From Eledone cirrhosa (lineage: Eukaryota), in NCBI GenBank assembly GCA_964016885.1, contig OZ024753.1, positions 18,290,001 to 18,354,000 on the forward strand: a DNA stretch of 64,000 nt, given 5' to 3'. Below, piece after piece: positions 60,896 to 64,000 of this stretch. Made by a program: the position numbers and the translations under genes. The first letter of the stretch is position 1. The number at the start of each line of letters is the position of its first letter. The notes under the pieces were generated by a model that saw only the letters and a list, made by a program, of their open reading frames with translations, was not told where the DNA came from and did not search any database.

Positions 60896-61087
60896 GGGCG
60901 GTGGATTGGCAGTATCGATAGAGGGTCGGACGCCATGGTTTAACGTATAGAGTTACGGCCCTTGCCATTCTGAGTTCAAATCCCGCCAAGGTTAACTTTG
61001 CCTTTCATCCTTACGGGGTCGATAAAATAAAGTACCAGTAATGCACTGGTGATTTGCTGGCCTTGTGCCAAAAGGAGAAACAATTAT
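60896..61087 (+). mobile_element. Octopus-type tRNA SINE, full length
   Basis: ggcggtggattggcagtatcg (A box), gagttcaaatcc (B box), 3' ggccttgtgccaaa..agaaacaattat. Confidence 0.88.
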
Positions 61088-62062
61088 ATCATAGACAGAT
61101 TTACTATATCCAATGTTGATACATAATTCTCATTTCCCATATATATCGAACATGCTATCTTTTATGGACTGTAAGTTAACGTGTTTTCATGATTTTACAA
61201 GTTTCCAAAACATATTTCCAATCATACTTCCAATGTAATCCGGATTATACTGTCTTGTGTCATTATATTCATACAAAGAAATTATTGAGCTGCATTTGTA
61301 AGTGTATCTACAAAATAGGACTTAGTTATCTATGTGGATAGACTTAAATAACTGAACATTCCAAATATTATATGAAGTGTACAATGTATGTGTACACAAA
61401 CCCTCATACACACAACAATTACACACACGCACACATACACACATTTATCTATATACATATATTATTTCATGAAATTATTAGTAAGGCGCCATTGTCAAAA
61501 TTGTTAGAGAGAATATCAGTAGATAATGGTATTTCAACCAAATGAAAATTACTATCTTTCATATGTAAATAATACAGATAATTTCCTTTCAAATATAACT
61601 GAGCAGAGAATTTCATTCGACAACTTAACATATCTACAAGGCTTCTTAAACAAGTTGATGAAGAAAATATATATGGCATTGTCACTATTGTATAATTTAT
61701 TTTTGCATAGACAGAAAGAGTCAGGGGGAGAAAGGGAGAGAGAGAGAAATAGAGAGAGACTGAGTGAGAGACGAAGGATAAGAGAGAGAAATGAAATCAG
61801 AAATAACACAATCAGTAAGAAGTCTTAAACGAAATGTCATCAAATTCTATATTTTTTCTGTGTGCATATGTATTTCTATATGTACTTATGTATGTATCTA
61901 TGTACGAATGTCTGCTTGTATGTATGTATAGGCTGACTATGAAGAAGTGACGCCATTGTGGTGAAATCTTGCATATATTAATTTCAACTCTCCTTATTAA
62001 TAACTGCATTGTTTCTTTCCAAGAACTATGTTGAAAAATATTTCTCATTTAGTAATTCTATA

Positions 62063-62100
<38 letters not shown>

Positions 62101-63720
62101 TTAATTAGTATTAATTATACTATTTATGGTTATGTAAATACAAAAACCTTTTGCAGTTATATGTATTTTTTATACAAACCCTAAATAGTGGTAGGCAGTA
62201 ATGTATTACTACCTTATTACCAGTAAGTTAAGTAGCTCAATGTAAACACATCAGATGATTTACAGAGCAGTTATATGAAAGGTGTGACAACATCCACCCT
62301 ACGTTAGGTGTGACAACATCCACCCACTTGAACTGCACTACACCGCTCTATAGGTAATTTAAGCATGAATTGATTGGTTTGGTAGTGTTGTGCGGAGGAA
62401 GTGCCTTCCTTAGACAGATGAAAAACGATTTAATCTAGTAACGCTGTTGAGCAGTAGGACCAGGACGCTGAGTGCAGAGAATGAATGTAGTGCAACTGGC
62501 GTGCGGGTTGTACATATATGGATGATTTGACGGTCAGAGAGGGGTCATGAGGACTGCGGATTGACCTCTGGCCGGCCCTGGTGATGATTATCTTTCGACA
62601 TCCAATGTAGCAAGCGATGACCCAGAACTTACCAGAGATCATTGTGTCTTGAAGTGATTCTGCAATCACCGCGCCTGGTCCTATGAGTAGACTACAACCA
62701 CAGAGATCATTAATTTAGAATCCTCGCTCATCGTCTATAATATTCATTTGTGGCACCCTACGATGGGGGTTAATTCACCATAATAATACGAACACCTTCA
62801 GCACAACTTAATAAACTACTCTATAGTTAAAACACTTTATGCTTTAAACATTTTTTGGAAGTTGCGCATAACCATAGAAATTAGGGTCGATATTGAGACA
62901 CATTTCAATAGCTAGGTATGGAAACCCCGGAGTTACCTCCCCTCATGCATTAACTCCCCTTAGCCACACACACACTTCCGGGTAGTATTCAATGTCGTTT
63001 CTCGAAACGTAACAGCCTCCTGTATTGAACTAAAGAACATCAGACTACGATTCTCTAACTGGATTGTCAAACGCTCAATATCGAATTGTCGTGGATTATG
63101 TGAGGGGCATTTAATCGAAAAATACACTCCCCTGACCATGAAAATGTCGAAGTACATGAAGTACTTGTCATCCGTTCGCTGTGCATCTCCAATACTTTTA
63201 ATATTTTTAATGCTTGCACTATTTTTAATGCTTGCACTATTTTTAATGCTTATATCATTTCTCCACACACAGACTATAACAATAATATAAAGAATTTGCC
63301 ACCAGATCAACCAACCTAACACTCTTGTTTACCTACCTAAGTTCTCCTACTACACGTAACTCTCTGCCAAACTATATAAACAAGACGCACGTGCTTGCCA
63401 CACATATAACATTTGCACTATATAACCGCTTATCTTCATGTTGTATTTTAACCTGTATTTTTGATTTTTGATTGTACCTCTTAATATGAATGTAATCTCG
63501 AAGTGTGTACTGCCACTCTAAATTCTGTAATGAATGTTGACCCACAATATTTGCATATGTATCGGTATGTCTCTTGGCTGAAAAGGAGGTCATATAACTG
63601 TCCATTCATTAATAAATTGCTCCGAAGAATCCAAACCTCGGTTTGGAGGAAACAGCTGTAAGCACAATAATGTTTTGAACAGTTCTTTGATTCTTATATT
63701 TCATATATTTCATATATTTC

Positions 63721-63780
<60 letters not shown>

Positions 63781-63781
<1 letters not shown>

Positions 63782-63956
63782 GAGGGCAATCCCAAACGTA
63801 AGGTCTCCTTCCGATATTGTAACTTTTCCGTTAAAATCCTGTGGATGGTGCTTCAGGAAACCTCAGGAACTAAAATGCAGAGAGCATCCAGAGTGTTCCG
63901 CCGATCTTTACGCATGTTTTCCTCGGAAGGAGACCTTACTTTTGGGATTGCCCTCT
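63781..63956 (-). mobile_element. Mini mariner derivative: 34-bp inverted termini around a transposase HTH fragment
   Basis: TA-cgagggcaatcccaaacgtaaggtctccttccga / tcggaaggagaccttacttttgggattgccctc-TA. Internal minus frame EENMRKDRRNTLDAL..VS*STIHRILTEKLQYRK. Confidence 0.75.
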
Positions 63957-64000
63957 ATATAATAACAGCGCGAAATTCGCACTTGGCGGTAGTGTTCAAC

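Noticed and set aside
62279-62326. 20-bp direct repeat aggtgtgacaacatccaccc x2 (also an 18-bp tandem at 63204-63251)
   Set aside because: Ordinary local tandem duplications.
57400-63700. Host exons in unique-looking DNA (e.g. 61526-61828, 62430-62669, 62960-63322)
   Set aside because: No recognisable domains or supportable splice structure. Small exons cannot be excluded without RNA-seq.

Overview
AT-rich eukaryotic non-genic DNA. The SINE families and RTE tail resemble those of octopod cephalopods (inference). No host gene is supportable, and almost all I/Y-rich ORFs are translations of (TA)n. The window is a nest of retroelements in microsatellites: a 5'-truncated RTE LINE with a PHD finger inside its RT, a Tx1/L1-type LINE array in (TAGA)n, a CRE RLE fragment, Penelope-like elements (PLEs) of two clades (Naiad-like and Hydra-like), a near full-length CR1-type LINE with an unusual Myb/SANT + polyQ + 2xCCCH ORF1, tRNA-derived SINEs, and two TA-flanked MITEs. 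The ORF track misses the most notable layer: at least 15 type I hammerhead ribozyme (HHR) motifs from about 7 sequence families, plus degenerate ones. They lie in PLE pseudo-LTRs and in small non-coding, terminally redundant (retrozyme-like) units, alongside many fold-back inverted repeats. All RNA structures were paired by eye, not computed.
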